Sequence record: OK428602.1
Length of the DNA: 40,000 nucleotides
Direction: 5' to 3' (one strand)
Origin: Vibrio phage BX-1
The notes under the pieces were generated by a model that worked only from the letters and a program-made list of their open reading frames with translations, did no database searches and was not told the DNA's origin. Of the stretch, positions 17,409-26,258 are shown one piece after another; positions within the stretch are counted from its first letter, which is position 1; each line of letters opens with the position of its first letter. The position numbers were made by a program, and so were the translations under genes.

Positions 17409-17611
17409 ATGAGTACAGGTACAGGAAGCGGTGTCGGCAAGTTACGGTTGGCGCTGGTAATAGTTACGTTAATACTGTTAGCCTGACATCAATGATCACA
17501 GTGGCAGCTAATGACAAGGTTAAACTAAAAGGCGTGAATAACGCCGAAGTGATTGATATCTACTCTGGTACTGAAGGTTTGACTGGTATTGCTGCAGTCA
17601 AATTAATATAA
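17409..17611 (+). CDS. Small beta-rich protein spanning two frames (possible frameshift or indel)
   Basis: ATG 17409 opens MSTGTGSGVG in one frame; protein-like sequence QVTVGAGNSYVNTVSLTSMITVAANDKVKLKGVNNAEVIDIYSGTEGLTGIAAVKLI continues to 17611 in the -1 frame. Confidence 0.4.
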
Positions 17612-17615
17612 ACAA

Positions 17616-17645
17616 ATCCCCTGACATTTCGGTGTCGGGGTTTTT
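17616..17645 (+). terminator. Intrinsic terminator
   Basis: CCCC(T)GACA-TTTCGG-TGTCGGGG followed by TTTTTC. Confidence 0.8.
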
Positions 17646-17734
17646 CTTCAAAAGTTTTTATCAAGCAATAATATCCCTGTTCTAAAATAACTTCATATCG
17701 GGTGTCGAGTGAAGTAAACCGAAAGGGATATATT

Positions 17735-18595
17735 ATGAAAACTTTTGAAGAAACCAAAAAGGCTCTTGCCAAAGTCATCTATTTTGATTCTAACTCTCCT
17801 GAAAATTTTATCGGTAGTAATTTCCTAAAGGATTCTGTCGGTATTAAAACCCTGCGTCGTTTCCTAGGTGGTCCGATTCGCCCAATTAAAAATCCCGAAA
17901 AGGCGTTCATGGATAAAACCCGTTTTGGTGCTCGGGCCAACTCTATCTACGCTGAGAAGATGTTATTTGAAAAAGTAACCGTCGTCCAGTTCCGCATGTT
18001 CTATCCGCATATCATCAAACAAGAATATGGCAATGTTGTCTGCAAAAACGGCCATACGTTAGGTAATGTCGTTCGGGCACTGATTGAACTGCGTCGTGAA
18101 TACAAATCGGGCTCCCGTGAAGCCACCAGTGAGTCGGAAAGACTTAAGCTTGATGAATGCGCTCTAAAGGCCAAATATTTCAACTGTATGCTGTTCAGTG
18201 TCATCTGTTCGTTAGATATTCCAGGCACTGAGAATGCCGATCGACACGTGCCAACCATTGGCCGTAAGCTGATCAAGTTATTGGCACAGCGTTACATCCG
18301 ATACGGCTACACTCCAATCATGTTGAACACGGATCAGCTGATACTTGCGGAGACCGGTCGTGAAATTATCGATATCGGTAATACCATGGCATCGTCCACA
18401 CCACTCATGTATGAAGAACTTGATAACTTCATGCCATTAGGTGAGTGTAAAGGTATATCAGGTGTTCAACGTCACCTAATCCAAGGTCCATATTCAGTCT
18501 ACCAGCGTTGGGGTAAAAATCGTCGTGGTCGCACGCTAGACCGTCGTATCCTAATTCTTAACAGTATTGAGGTACAGATCAATGAAATCGCTTAG
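17735..18595 (+). CDS. DNA polymerase B palm-like protein with altered catalytic motifs
   Basis: VTVVQFRMFYPHII (compare DFxSLYPSII), LDECALKAKYFNCMLFSV (compare LKxxxNSxYG), YGYTPIMLNTDQLIL (compare YxxIYGDTDSIF), in the PolB order and spacing. Confidence 0.55.
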   Translation: MKTFEETKKALAKVIYFDSNSPENFIGSNFLKDSVGIKTLRRFLGGPIRPIKNPEKAFMDKTRFGARANSIYAEKMLFEKVTVVQFRMFYPHIIKQEYGNVVCKNGHTLGNVVRALIELRREYKSGSREATSESERLKLDECALKAKYFNCMLFSVICSLDIPGTENADRHVPTIGRKLIKLLAQRYIRYGYTPIMLNTDQLILAETGREIIDIGNTMASSTPLMYEELDNFMPLGECKGISGVQRHLIQGPYSVYQRWGKNRRGRTLDRRILILNSIEVQINEIA

Positions 18596-18863
18596 AACCC
18601 GTATTGAAAGTGCCAAACACCCTTATGGACCTGTTCGTAAGTTTGAGATTGAGTATACCAATAAGGACGGTGAAGAAGAAACAGTTGAGATGGAAGCTCG
18701 TACCGAATGTGGCATGACTGCACTCCAGACCGTCTATGATTATGCATACTCTGTCCTGGCAGACAAAGGTCCGTTCAAAGTGTTCGAACTTTTTGATAAA
18801 CCAAAACATCCACGACGTCTAAAAGTTGCGGATTTATATAGTAATTTCAAAGACTTGGAGTAG
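18582..18863 (+). CDS. Hypothetical protein
   Basis: ATG 18582 in frame with track ORF 18567..18863, overlaps the upstream stop. Confidence 0.8.
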   Translation: MKSLRTRIESAKHPYGPVRKFEIEYTNKDGEEETVEMEARTECGMTALQTVYDYAYSVLADKGPFKVFELFDKPKHPRRLKVADLYSNFKDLE

Positions 18864-18868
18864 TCATT

Positions 18869-19081
18869 ATGAATATCCGCAGTTTCTTGGCCACACCGTT
18901 ATGGGTTATTTTTGTCCTGGTTATTTTCATGGCCATCATCTTGTGTTACATTATCGACTTCGTTGAGGGTAAAGACACACTCGAATCTATCGATAAAGAT
19001 TTGAAGAATATGGCCGATAAGATCAAGAACAAAGATCCGAAGCCTAAGTCCCGTAACCCTTGGAACAAACCCAAAAATTAA
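18869..19081 (+). CDS. Small membrane-anchored protein
   Basis: N-terminal transmembrane segment PLWVIFVLVIFMAIILCYII. Confidence 0.8.
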   Translation: MNIRSFLATPLWVIFVLVIFMAIILCYIIDFVEGKDTLESIDKDLKNMADKIKNKDPKPKSRNPWNKPKN

Positions 19082-19089
19082 GGATTCTT

Positions 19090-19338
19090 ATGCAGCTTGA
19101 TAAAGCGACTGTTGAAAAAGTAATGAGAGAATACCAAGGTGATATGACACCACATGGTATTGCAACAATCATTTGGAATATCGTCTTGGACGACACCCAA
19201 CGGCAAGAACTTCAAAAGTTAATGTCCAAGAGTAGACAACTAACGTTTTTCCAAGCTGCAGAGAAAGCTATTGAAAACTTCAAAACCCAAATAGAAGCCA
19301 TGGATATTCCGGGCTTAGGAGACAAACATCATGCGTGA
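19090..19338 (+). CDS. Hypothetical protein
   Basis: ATG 19090 in frame with track ORF 19060..19338. Confidence 0.8.
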   Translation: MQLDKATVEKVMREYQGDMTPHGIATIIWNIVLDDTQRQELQKLMSKSRQLTFFQAAEKAIENFKTQIEAMDIPGLGDKHHA

Positions 19339-19954
19339 CATTCTAAAATCATTGAACCTCTTTGCGGTATCTTCGGAAGAATTCCTACCACCAGCCCAAC
19401 TGGATAACAATGACATGAGTCATTATCGCAAAGTTCCGTTGAAATACAAGGATTCAACACTTGTCTACAAAATTGACAGTGAGAATATGTCATCGGTTCA
19501 TCGTGCATCGGTAGTTAACACCGTAAAGTTCGGAGACCAGCTTGAATGTATCGATAATGGTTATTTCAACGTACCAATTGCATTGATCAATACCCTTCGT
19601 TCTATGGGTTATGGGATCGCACCTGGACTTGTGGATGAAGATACCGACTACATTGCATACATCAAAAAAGATGGTTATATATACCGCGTTTGGGTTGGTC
19701 CAACAGGTTCCATCACTGGTATCTACCAACTACCGAAAGGCGCTGCGGATCAAACGCCTGTACTTGAAGTCTTAACCCCAGGGAAAAACGTGGTAACTGA
19801 TACACGACGTGGTTTATTCATGGCGGATCCAGCGAAACGTTTTGAAGACCAGGAACCAGGCATTGTCATTGAGATGCGTATCGTCGAAGTCCCAAAACTT
19901 TTGAAAGTCTACACGGAACAGGCTCCATCATTTGTTCGTTGGCTGGATGATTAA
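19331..19954 (+). CDS. Hypothetical protein
   Basis: 207 aa ORF. Confidence 0.82.
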   Translation: MRDILKSLNLFAVSSEEFLPPAQLDNNDMSHYRKVPLKYKDSTLVYKIDSENMSSVHRASVVNTVKFGDQLECIDNGYFNVPIALINTLRSMGYGIAPGLVDEDTDYIAYIKKDGYIYRVWVGPTGSITGIYQLPKGAADQTPVLEVLTPGKNVVTDTRRGLFMADPAKRFEDQEPGIVIEMRIVEVPKLLKVYTEQAPSFVRWLDD

Positions 19955-19957
19955 GTC

Positions 19958-20122
19958 ATGGAAAAGAAATACAAGAAGCGATACGACCCAAAAGACCCCG
20001 ACGGTCTCCCGTATCAAATCCTGGAGAGTACAATGCTCTTTGTAGGTAAAATGTCCTGGGTAATTAAAGAACGCTTTAAAACACCACAGGAGCGCAATGA
20101 AGCGCTATCGCAATTAGGATAA
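19958..20122 (+). CDS. Small hypothetical protein (54 aa)
   Basis: MEKKYKKRYDPKDPDGLPYQILESTMLFVGKMSWVIKERFKTPQERNEALSQLG; not in the ORF track. Confidence 0.65.
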   Translation: MEKKYKKRYDPKDPDGLPYQILESTMLFVGKMSWVIKERFKTPQERNEALSQLG

Positions 20123-20185
20123 GATTATGAAGAAAATCCATAGGAAAATGCTTTTCCACTAACTTAACTGTTAGAGGAAAAGAAA

Positions 20186-20506
20186 ATGTCAAAAACAATC
20201 CGTCGTACCAAAGGCAACCAACCAAAGTTCAATCCTGGATTCGCAATCGCATCTGGGTTGAAACATGGGATGAGTATTCAAGAAGCATATGACGAAGAAT
20301 TGAAACACCATAAAGACTGGAAGGGAACACTGTCGCGTGATACCGGTTGGAACAACTCTTGCAATCAATCATTGAAAGATGAATCCAATCGCCGTCGCCG
20401 CCAACAGTTCCGCAACCAGTTGGCCAAGTTCAATAAGCTTTCCGATTATGACGATGCAGACTTTTGGACCCATCATCAGAAGAATCTGATCTGGATTTAT
20501 TTCTAA
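20186..20506 (+). CDS. Hypothetical protein
   Basis: 106 aa ORF, AGGAAAAG upstream. Confidence 0.8.
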   Translation: MSKTIRRTKGNQPKFNPGFAIASGLKHGMSIQEAYDEELKHHKDWKGTLSRDTGWNNSCNQSLKDESNRRRRQQFRNQLAKFNKLSDYDDADFWTHHQKNLIWIYF

Positions 20507-20510
20507 GACC

Positions 20511-20541
20511 AAAGCCCTGGGAATTTCCTGGGGCTTTTTAT
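20511..20541 (+). terminator. Intrinsic terminator
   Basis: AAAGCCC...GGGGCTTT followed by TT-A-TT. Confidence 0.75.
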
Positions 20542-20555
20542 TACCTGTTGTTTGA

Positions 20556-20640
20556 AAACGTGACCTGGATCACGTTATTGGTAGTGCCAACCTGATATCA
20601 TTACCCCATCGACACAACAACATCCACTAAGGGATATGTC
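20556..20640 (+). promoter_or_regulatory. Terminator-leader module (copy D)
   Basis: AACGTGA-CCTGGA-TCACGTT ATT, then GATATCATTACCCCATCGACACAACAACATCCACTAAGGG. Confidence 0.72.
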
Positions 20641-20895
20641 ATGCAAATTAAGAAAGATTCAAAAGTTAAAACGGTTTCATACTTGGGTAAACCATTTAAA
20701 ACTCAAACCTTCACTTTTGTTGGCACAACTACTCGTTGTGTTATCCGTCGCAGTACTGAGCTTTCTGATGTAAACATCTGTCGTGGTGATGGTCGTACTT
20801 TGAACTTTAAACAGTTCCTAAACCGTGAGTTGACTTCCGAAGAACTTCAAATGTCGAACGAAGAAATCGCACTTAAACTTATCCAAACTATCTAA
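20641..20895 (+). CDS. Hypothetical protein
   Basis: 84 aa ORF behind the leader module. Confidence 0.8.
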   Translation: MQIKKDSKVKTVSYLGKPFKTQTFTFVGTTTRCVIRRSTELSDVNICRGDGRTLNFKQFLNRELTSEELQMSNEEIALKLIQTI

Positions 20896-20909
20896 GGGGT
20901 ACCTTACTT

Positions 20910-21434
20910 ATGTTGTCTGAAAATTTTCAGAAAGCTCAATGGAGTTTTCTGCTAACTGGCGCGATTGCCAGCCATATGCATCGCTTTGATCCAAAGGATT
21001 CTTACTTGGATACAATCAGTACGTTCTATCGTCATGTGACCGTTGAAAACATCATTGAAATCGATGATGATTATGTCGACTTCACTTTGGCCCATCGTAA
21101 GATGCATTCATATTCTTTCCGCATTTACGTCACTGATGGCGTTAATGTTGTTGATGTTTTCAGTTCCATCCTGCGATTGTTCCGTCGTTATGTGAATGGT
21201 GTGCTCAACCCATGGGATCGTGATCATCTATTACAGTTTGCAAGAACGGATATGGCCTTGTATCAAGGTCCAGACAATATGCATTGTCTCAATGATGGAT
21301 TTGTTGACCAAATGGGATATACCCGAATCTTCACCATTGATAAAAATGGTGCATTGGTACACGAAGACGTTTGCATCGATATGTTTGAAGCATCATATTC
21401 CCTGGATATTCCATGCCAAACGCGAACCAAATAG
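20910..21434 (+). CDS. Hypothetical protein
   Basis: 174 aa ORF. Confidence 0.82.
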   Translation: MLSENFQKAQWSFLLTGAIASHMHRFDPKDSYLDTISTFYRHVTVENIIEIDDDYVDFTLAHRKMHSYSFRIYVTDGVNVVDVFSSILRLFRRYVNGVLNPWDRDHLLQFARTDMALYQGPDNMHCLNDGFVDQMGYTRIFTIDKNGALVHEDVCIDMFEASYSLDIPCQTRTK

Positions 21435-21616
21435 GTCTGTGGGCAACCTATGACCGTGTGAATGGCACACATAACCTGATCAATGAACAAGGTGAGTGTG
21501 TCTTCTATACTGAAGCCAATGAGACTTCATATTCCAAACTTCAAAAGTTTGTTGAAGAACATAATGGCATTGAACAAACACCATTACACTTCCTGATTGA
21601 GGAACCAACATCATGA
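21413..21616 (+). CDS. Hypothetical protein
   Basis: 67 aa ORF overlapping both neighbours. Confidence 0.72.
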   Translation: MPNANQIGLWATYDRVNGTHNLINEQGECVFYTEANETSYSKLQKFVEEHNGIEQTPLHFLIEEPTS

Positions 21617-21966
21617 ACAAATTACAACTTCAACAAAATGCGACTTGGTCTTGCATCATCAATAACGCCCTTGAAATCAACCAAGTTGCTGTGGGCATGT
21701 TTGACTTCACTGAAACTGATGTCAACTCAGTTTACCTTGACAACGTTGACGCCCAAGAAGATGGTGTTGTCTTTGACCTTCACCTTGGTGGCAACTCCAT
21801 GCGTATGGAGAAAATTGTTCTTCCTTACCAAAGCGTTGATGGTCCACACAGTGTTTTGAAGAAAATCATCCACTGTTACAAGCAATGGGCGATCCGTCAT
21901 CTCAATAACCTGTCGGATGAAGCTGAGAAATATGAAGTTTCCGTCCGTGCATTTGGTGAAATGTAA
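21613..21966 (+). CDS. Hypothetical protein
   Basis: 117 aa ORF, ATGA overlap. Confidence 0.8.
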   Translation: MNKLQLQQNATWSCIINNALEINQVAVGMFDFTETDVNSVYLDNVDAQEDGVVFDLHLGGNSMRMEKIVLPYQSVDGPHSVLKKIIHCYKQWAIRHLNNLSDEAEKYEVSVRAFGEM

Positions 21967-22271
21967 TGTTAGTTTATGACGTTGCAGCCAAAGTCCATAT
22001 CCTGGATGTAACGGAGACTAACCCATATTCCAAGATGGAAATCCTGGAAGATGAAGTCTCTAATGCCAACCATGAGAGTTGTACAGATGACTTTACCAAT
22101 CTGAACACTACTTACCTGGACGATGCCATCCAATGGGATGGATTGAAAGATGGTGATATCATTAACATCAATTTCCACCTTGTTGTGCACTTCTTCTATG
22201 ATAGCATGACGGGTGAATGGGATGCTGAATGGGATATCACCAAAATTAAGCAAGAGAAGGTGGAAGCATGA
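21966..22271 (+). CDS. Hypothetical protein
   Basis: 101 aa ORF. Confidence 0.8.
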   Translation: MLVYDVAAKVHILDVTETNPYSKMEILEDEVSNANHESCTDDFTNLNTTYLDDAIQWDGLKDGDIININFHLVVHFFYDSMTGEWDAEWDITKIKQEKVEA

Positions 22272-22552
22272 TTGTTTACCAAATTCCAAACACTGCAATG
22301 TATGTCAAAGAAGAAGACCTTGGTGCACTGCATAACAGAGACAAGCAGAAACTCCATAAAGTTGAAGTTCCTGCTTTTATGGATCCGATTATGGATGTGT
22401 ATATCCATGCTCGTAACTTCCTGGGTACCATTATCTTCGATGAGATCCTAGCTCAATACAAGGGCGAACCAGAGTGTGCGAATACAGCTTTTCGTATTGA
22501 AGAACACCTGAAGCATGCTGTTCGTCGCATGATAGAAACATCGGGGTATTAA
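22268..22552 (+). CDS. Hypothetical protein
   Basis: 94 aa ORF, ATGA overlap. Confidence 0.8.
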   Translation: MIVYQIPNTAMYVKEEDLGALHNRDKQKLHKVEVPAFMDPIMDVYIHARNFLGTIIFDEILAQYKGEPECANTAFRIEEHLKHAVRRMIETSGY

Positions 22553-22554
22553 TC

Positions 22555-22902
22555 ATGTTTGATGCAAATGCCGGCCATATTACTATCGGCCAAACGTTCT
22601 TTGCGGAAGTTCACAGCACCGACGAACAGTTGCAAAAGCTTGGCGTCAAGCGTGGCATGATCCTACTGTGTAAACATGTGGTAAAAACTGGCGAACGCCT
22701 GCGCGAGAATGTCCATTCCAAAATCAAACTTTCAAAAGAAGGCGAATGGTTGGACATCTACGATAAAGACCGTGGTGAAGGTTGGTCCTGGCTTGTATAT
22801 TCAGGTCGTCCAAATGGCAACGGATTTATCTGTGAAAAATGGAAAGCGAAAGCTTTGGAATTCATGAACAACTCTTGGGAAGATAATTATGGCGGCAACT
22901 AA
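22555..22902 (+). CDS. Hypothetical protein
   Basis: 115 aa ORF. Confidence 0.8.
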   Translation: MFDANAGHITIGQTFFAEVHSTDEQLQKLGVKRGMILLCKHVVKTGERLRENVHSKIKLSKEGEWLDIYDKDRGEGWSWLVYSGRPNGNGFICEKWKAKALEFMNNSWEDNYGGN

Positions 22903-23182
22903 TTTTGAAGATGGTAAACACCTCATCTTAATGGATGGCACAAGCCTGCGAATCAGTGGTCAATACTTTGATATTGATGAACCAAACGACGCTGTTGAAA
23001 ATGCGATCACAGAATTCAACGAAGCCAATGGCGAAAAAGTTCTGTATGCATATGATGCTGAGTTTGACTATTACTTCATGGCAGTGAGTGCGGATGACTA
23101 TGAAGTTGCGACTCCAGAGTTTGACAATCTCCATGCACGCCTGGGTGCGTTCCTGACACTAAACCACATTATCTTTGAATAG
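22889..23182 (+). CDS. Hypothetical protein
   Basis: 97 aa ORF. Confidence 0.8.
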   Translation: MAATNFEDGKHLILMDGTSLRISGQYFDIDEPNDAVENAITEFNEANGEKVLYAYDAEFDYYFMAVSADDYEVATPEFDNLHARLGAFLTLNHIIFE

Positions 23183-23190
23183 GTGATATC

Positions 23191-23586
23191 ATGAAAAAGG
23201 TTTATACTGGAAACACTACTCCACCACATCATATTGCTGCGATCCGCGAGTGTATTGATACAGGTTTGGATATGGAATTCTTTGATGATGTCCAGGGCAT
23301 GTTCATCTTTAATGGCCATCTCCATGTGATCATGACAAGTTCTGATAATGGCGTGACCACTGACGTTGGGAATATTGCGGTACGCGATAATGTTCAAGAT
23401 GGTTTCATGGATAGCTGTTTCATGAAAGAAGTATTGGACGAAGTTAAAGCCGCAAATACCCATATGCGAATCAGCTTGCGTCAGGTGCAGTCAATCCAAC
23501 GTTCATTAGAATGTATTGGCGGTGGCAGCAACCATACGGCGAAACACAAGATCAATCAGATTTTGGAAAACTTGGAGAAGCTGTGA
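23191..23586 (+). CDS. Hypothetical protein
   Basis: 131 aa ORF. Confidence 0.8.
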   Translation: MKKVYTGNTTPPHHIAAIRECIDTGLDMEFFDDVQGMFIFNGHLHVIMTSSDNGVTTDVGNIAVRDNVQDGFMDSCFMKEVLDEVKAANTHMRISLRQVQSIQRSLECIGGGSNHTAKHKINQILENLEKL

Positions 23587-23765
23587 CAAACTACATCTAC
23601 ATCTATTATATTGTGGGAGGCCAGTACATCTATGACCGTTCTGTCTCCCGAACTGGACTTGGACCTGGTCGTGCCAAACAGAGAGTCCAGGATCTAGAGA
23701 AGCATTATGGAGAAGGGAACGCCTTCTATACTGTCGGAAAAACTTTTCCTGGTGCTTTGTCTTAA
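23583..23765 (+). CDS. Small hypothetical protein with probable GTG start
   Basis: GTG 23583 overlaps the upstream stop (GTGA); in frame with track ORF 23511..23765. Confidence 0.6.
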   Translation: MTNYIYIYYIVGGQYIYDRSVSRTGLGPGRAKQRVQDLEKHYGEGNAFYTVGKTFPGALS

Positions 23766-23854
23766 AACGCGATCCCGATCACATTATTTGTGGTCGGGAT
23801 TCTTTATTATTACCCCATCAAAACGAAACACCCAAACATCATGAGGATAACACC
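23766..23854 (+). promoter_or_regulatory. Terminator-leader module (copy E)
   Basis: GATCCCGATCACATTATTTGTGGTCGGGATTCTTTATTATTACCCCATCAAAACG..., near-identical to copies A and B in the hairpin. Confidence 0.78.
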
Positions 23855-24871
23855 ATGGCACTAGTCAAAATCACAAACGGTCTTTACCGCGGTCAAGAAC
23901 TTTCAGGTACTTTTGAAGTTTTCCAAAACTTCCGTCGTTACTCTCCAAGTGAGTTCAAAAATGGTTTCGCAAAAGACGGTCTTGACGGTTCTATGCGTGT
24001 TATCGATGGCGACACTGGCAAGCCTTTCTACATGCACGTTAAAGAATCAAACATTGAATTGATTGAATCTGGTGCTATCGCAGTTGTTAACCCAACGCCA
24101 GAAACAAAAGAAGTTGACCTTGAAGAACTTGATTTGTTCATCCGCAAACGTTTCAATGTTCTTGACATGCTTGCTGACGGTGTTATCGACCATTCTTTGT
24201 ATGCTCTTATCGTTTCGGGCGCGCCAGGTGTGGGCAAAACTTACAAATTTGAAAAAGAATTGACCAAAGCCCATGAAGAAGGTCGTATCCGTAACTTTGA
24301 ACATATCAAAGGTAAAGTAACTCCACTATTCTTGTATGAAACACTGTACAAAAATAGTTCAAAAGATGATATCGTTCTTCTTGATGACTCTGACAACATC
24401 TTCCAAGATGAAGTTTCATTGAACATTATGAAAGCTGCTTTGGATTCTGGCGACGTTCGCAAGGTTTCTTACGGTTCTACTTGTAAGTATCTTGAAGAAA
24501 ATGACATTCCACCTGTATTTGATTTCCAAGGTACTGTTGTCTTCATCACTAACCTTGATTTCCAAGGCATGGTTGAGCGTGGCACTCGTTTGTCTCCACA
24601 CTTCAGTGCACTGCTATCTCGTTCACACTACCTATCACTTGGCGTATACACTCCAACTGAAATCATGGTGCGTATCCAACAAGTGGCCCAAGAGACTCCA
24701 CTGCTTGCTTCACGTGGTGTTGATGATAAAGCAACTAAAGAAATGATTGATTGGATGTGGGAAAATGTCCAAGAACTTCGTGAAGTGTCTATCCGTACAC
24801 TTTTGAAACTTGCGGATTATGCAAAAATGACTGATTGGAAAGAAATGGCAGAAGTTATGTTGCTTAAGTAA
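23855..24871 (+). CDS. AAA+ / P-loop ATPase
   Basis: Walker A SGAPGVGKT; Walker B DDIVLLDDSD; sensor-like VVFITNLDF. Confidence 0.87.
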   Translation: MALVKITNGLYRGQELSGTFEVFQNFRRYSPSEFKNGFAKDGLDGSMRVIDGDTGKPFYMHVKESNIELIESGAIAVVNPTPETKEVDLEELDLFIRKRFNVLDMLADGVIDHSLYALIVSGAPGVGKTYKFEKELTKAHEEGRIRNFEHIKGKVTPLFLYETLYKNSSKDDIVLLDDSDNIFQDEVSLNIMKAALDSGDVRKVSYGSTCKYLEENDIPPVFDFQGTVVFITNLDFQGMVERGTRLSPHFSALLSRSHYLSLGVYTPTEIMVRIQQVAQETPLLASRGVDDKATKEMIDWMWENVQELREVSIRTLLKLADYAKMTDWKEMAEVMLLK

Positions 24872-24876
24872 TCCAA

Positions 24877-24961
24877 ACTGTGACCTGGATCACATTATTG
24901 GTTCAGGTCATTTGATATCATTATCCCATCGAAACAAACAACATCCACTAAGGAAAATGTT
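24877..24961 (+). promoter_or_regulatory. Terminator-leader module (copy F)
   Basis: TGTGA-CCTGGA-TCACA TTATTGG, then GATATCATTATCCCATCGAAACAAACAACATCCACTAAGGA. Confidence 0.72.
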
Positions 24962-25618
24962 ATGAACTTCCAAACTGCTATTGAGACCATCCGCAAACTA
25001 ACTGGTGTTGAGAACTTCAAATACAAAGAAGAAGCAATCCTGACACATATTGTCGAAAATGGCTCTGCTACAGCTGTTAAGATTGCTGCGGATTTGGCAA
25101 CCAATGACTTCACCATTCAAGAGCGGACTTCTTACATCTATGCGATGACTGATTATGCCGAAACTTGGGCTGAGATGTACAGCAAACAAGCTATCATTCA
25201 ATTTGCAAAGGCTTTGGAAAAAGCCTTTTCAGAAGTCAAACTGAAACCTAAGTCATTCAATGCATCTATTAATGGCGTAGAAATCCCTGTGTTGTCCCGT
25301 GGCTTCACGAACTTCATTGAGTGGAACTTCTATAATGCTCACAATGAATTGTGGGTACAGCGCAACCTGGCGCGTTCTGGTGGCAAGATTGCATTCTGGT
25401 TGACAGTTGATCAGAATGGTGATGTCTTCGTTTGGAATAGCGAACCAATTCCAGGTGCTATTGGTTGGATGTTGGTCACTTCATATGGCACTATGAACAA
25501 CCGACTGCTTTGCAATGTGGATATGCCAAAACCTGAAGTCTTAGATTGGAGAAGATGTATTCAGAAATTGGAATTCCCACACTTGCCAACCCTTGAAATG
25601 TTCATGGAGGCATTGTAA
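24962..25618 (+). CDS. Hypothetical protein
   Basis: 218 aa ORF behind the leader module. Confidence 0.85.
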   Translation: MNFQTAIETIRKLTGVENFKYKEEAILTHIVENGSATAVKIAADLATNDFTIQERTSYIYAMTDYAETWAEMYSKQAIIQFAKALEKAFSEVKLKPKSFNASINGVEIPVLSRGFTNFIEWNFYNAHNELWVQRNLARSGGKIAFWLTVDQNGDVFVWNSEPIPGAIGWMLVTSYGTMNNRLLCNVDMPKPEVLDWRRCIQKLEFPHLPTLEMFMEAL

Positions 25619-25983
25619 TGAAAACCCTTAGCCATAACCGTAATCGTGTCAATCATGCGATTACAGAGCAGTACAATGAAATCCTGGCTCATATCCGTGC
25701 ACTTGGATATTACTGCTACCACAAGAACATGACGAATGGCCGTGTTCCTCATACAGTCGTTGAAATCCCAACAGAAATCAATGGCGTGATCTACTTCCGC
25801 AAGTATAGCATTTGTTATTTCCATGCCAAGAAGGAAGTCAGATTGTTTGACAACTATGGGGTCTTTGACCAAGTTCAGAACGTTTGGGCATTTGAATCCA
25901 TTGTTGATCTCCGTAACTTCCTCCATGGCAATATGAAGGATATGGATTTGGTCAAGTACACTTATCAGAAGGGTAGGGAATAA
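25618..25983 (+). CDS. Hypothetical protein
   Basis: 121 aa ORF. Confidence 0.8.
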   Translation: MKTLSHNRNRVNHAITEQYNEILAHIRALGYYCYHKNMTNGRVPHTVVEIPTEINGVIYFRKYSICYFHAKKEVRLFDNYGVFDQVQNVWAFESIVDLRNFLHGNMKDMDLVKYTYQKGRE

Positions 25984-25985
25984 TC

Positions 25986-26255
25986 ATGTCCACAGTTATG
26001 TTAGTTAAAGGTATCAACCCGTGCCGCTATCGTGCAACTGCTAACCGCTTCCGTGTGGTTAAGATCATGCATTGTAATGACTTCCAATTCCAATACCTGG
26101 TGGAGAAGTACAAGGCTCTATATGGCAATGCCAAGCACATCGATTTCACTGAAACACTGATGGAAATCGAATGGGAACTTGATGGTGGCAAGTACATTAC
26201 CTTGCTTTACAACCAACGTGTTGGCACTCTTAAAATCTATACTCAGTGGGATTAG
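25986..26255 (+). CDS. Hypothetical protein
   Basis: 89 aa ORF. Confidence 0.8.
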   Translation: MSTVMLVKGINPCRYRATANRFRVVKIMHCNDFQFQYLVEKYKALYGNAKHIDFTETLMEIEWELDGGKYITLLYNQRVGTLKIYTQWD

Positions 26256-26258
26256 GTT

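Noticed and set aside
23583-23765. YIYIYYIVGG as a GIY-YIG nuclease
   Set aside because: Only a superficial resemblance: the GIY-YIG spacing, catalytic Arg and Glu context are missing in this 60-aa product.
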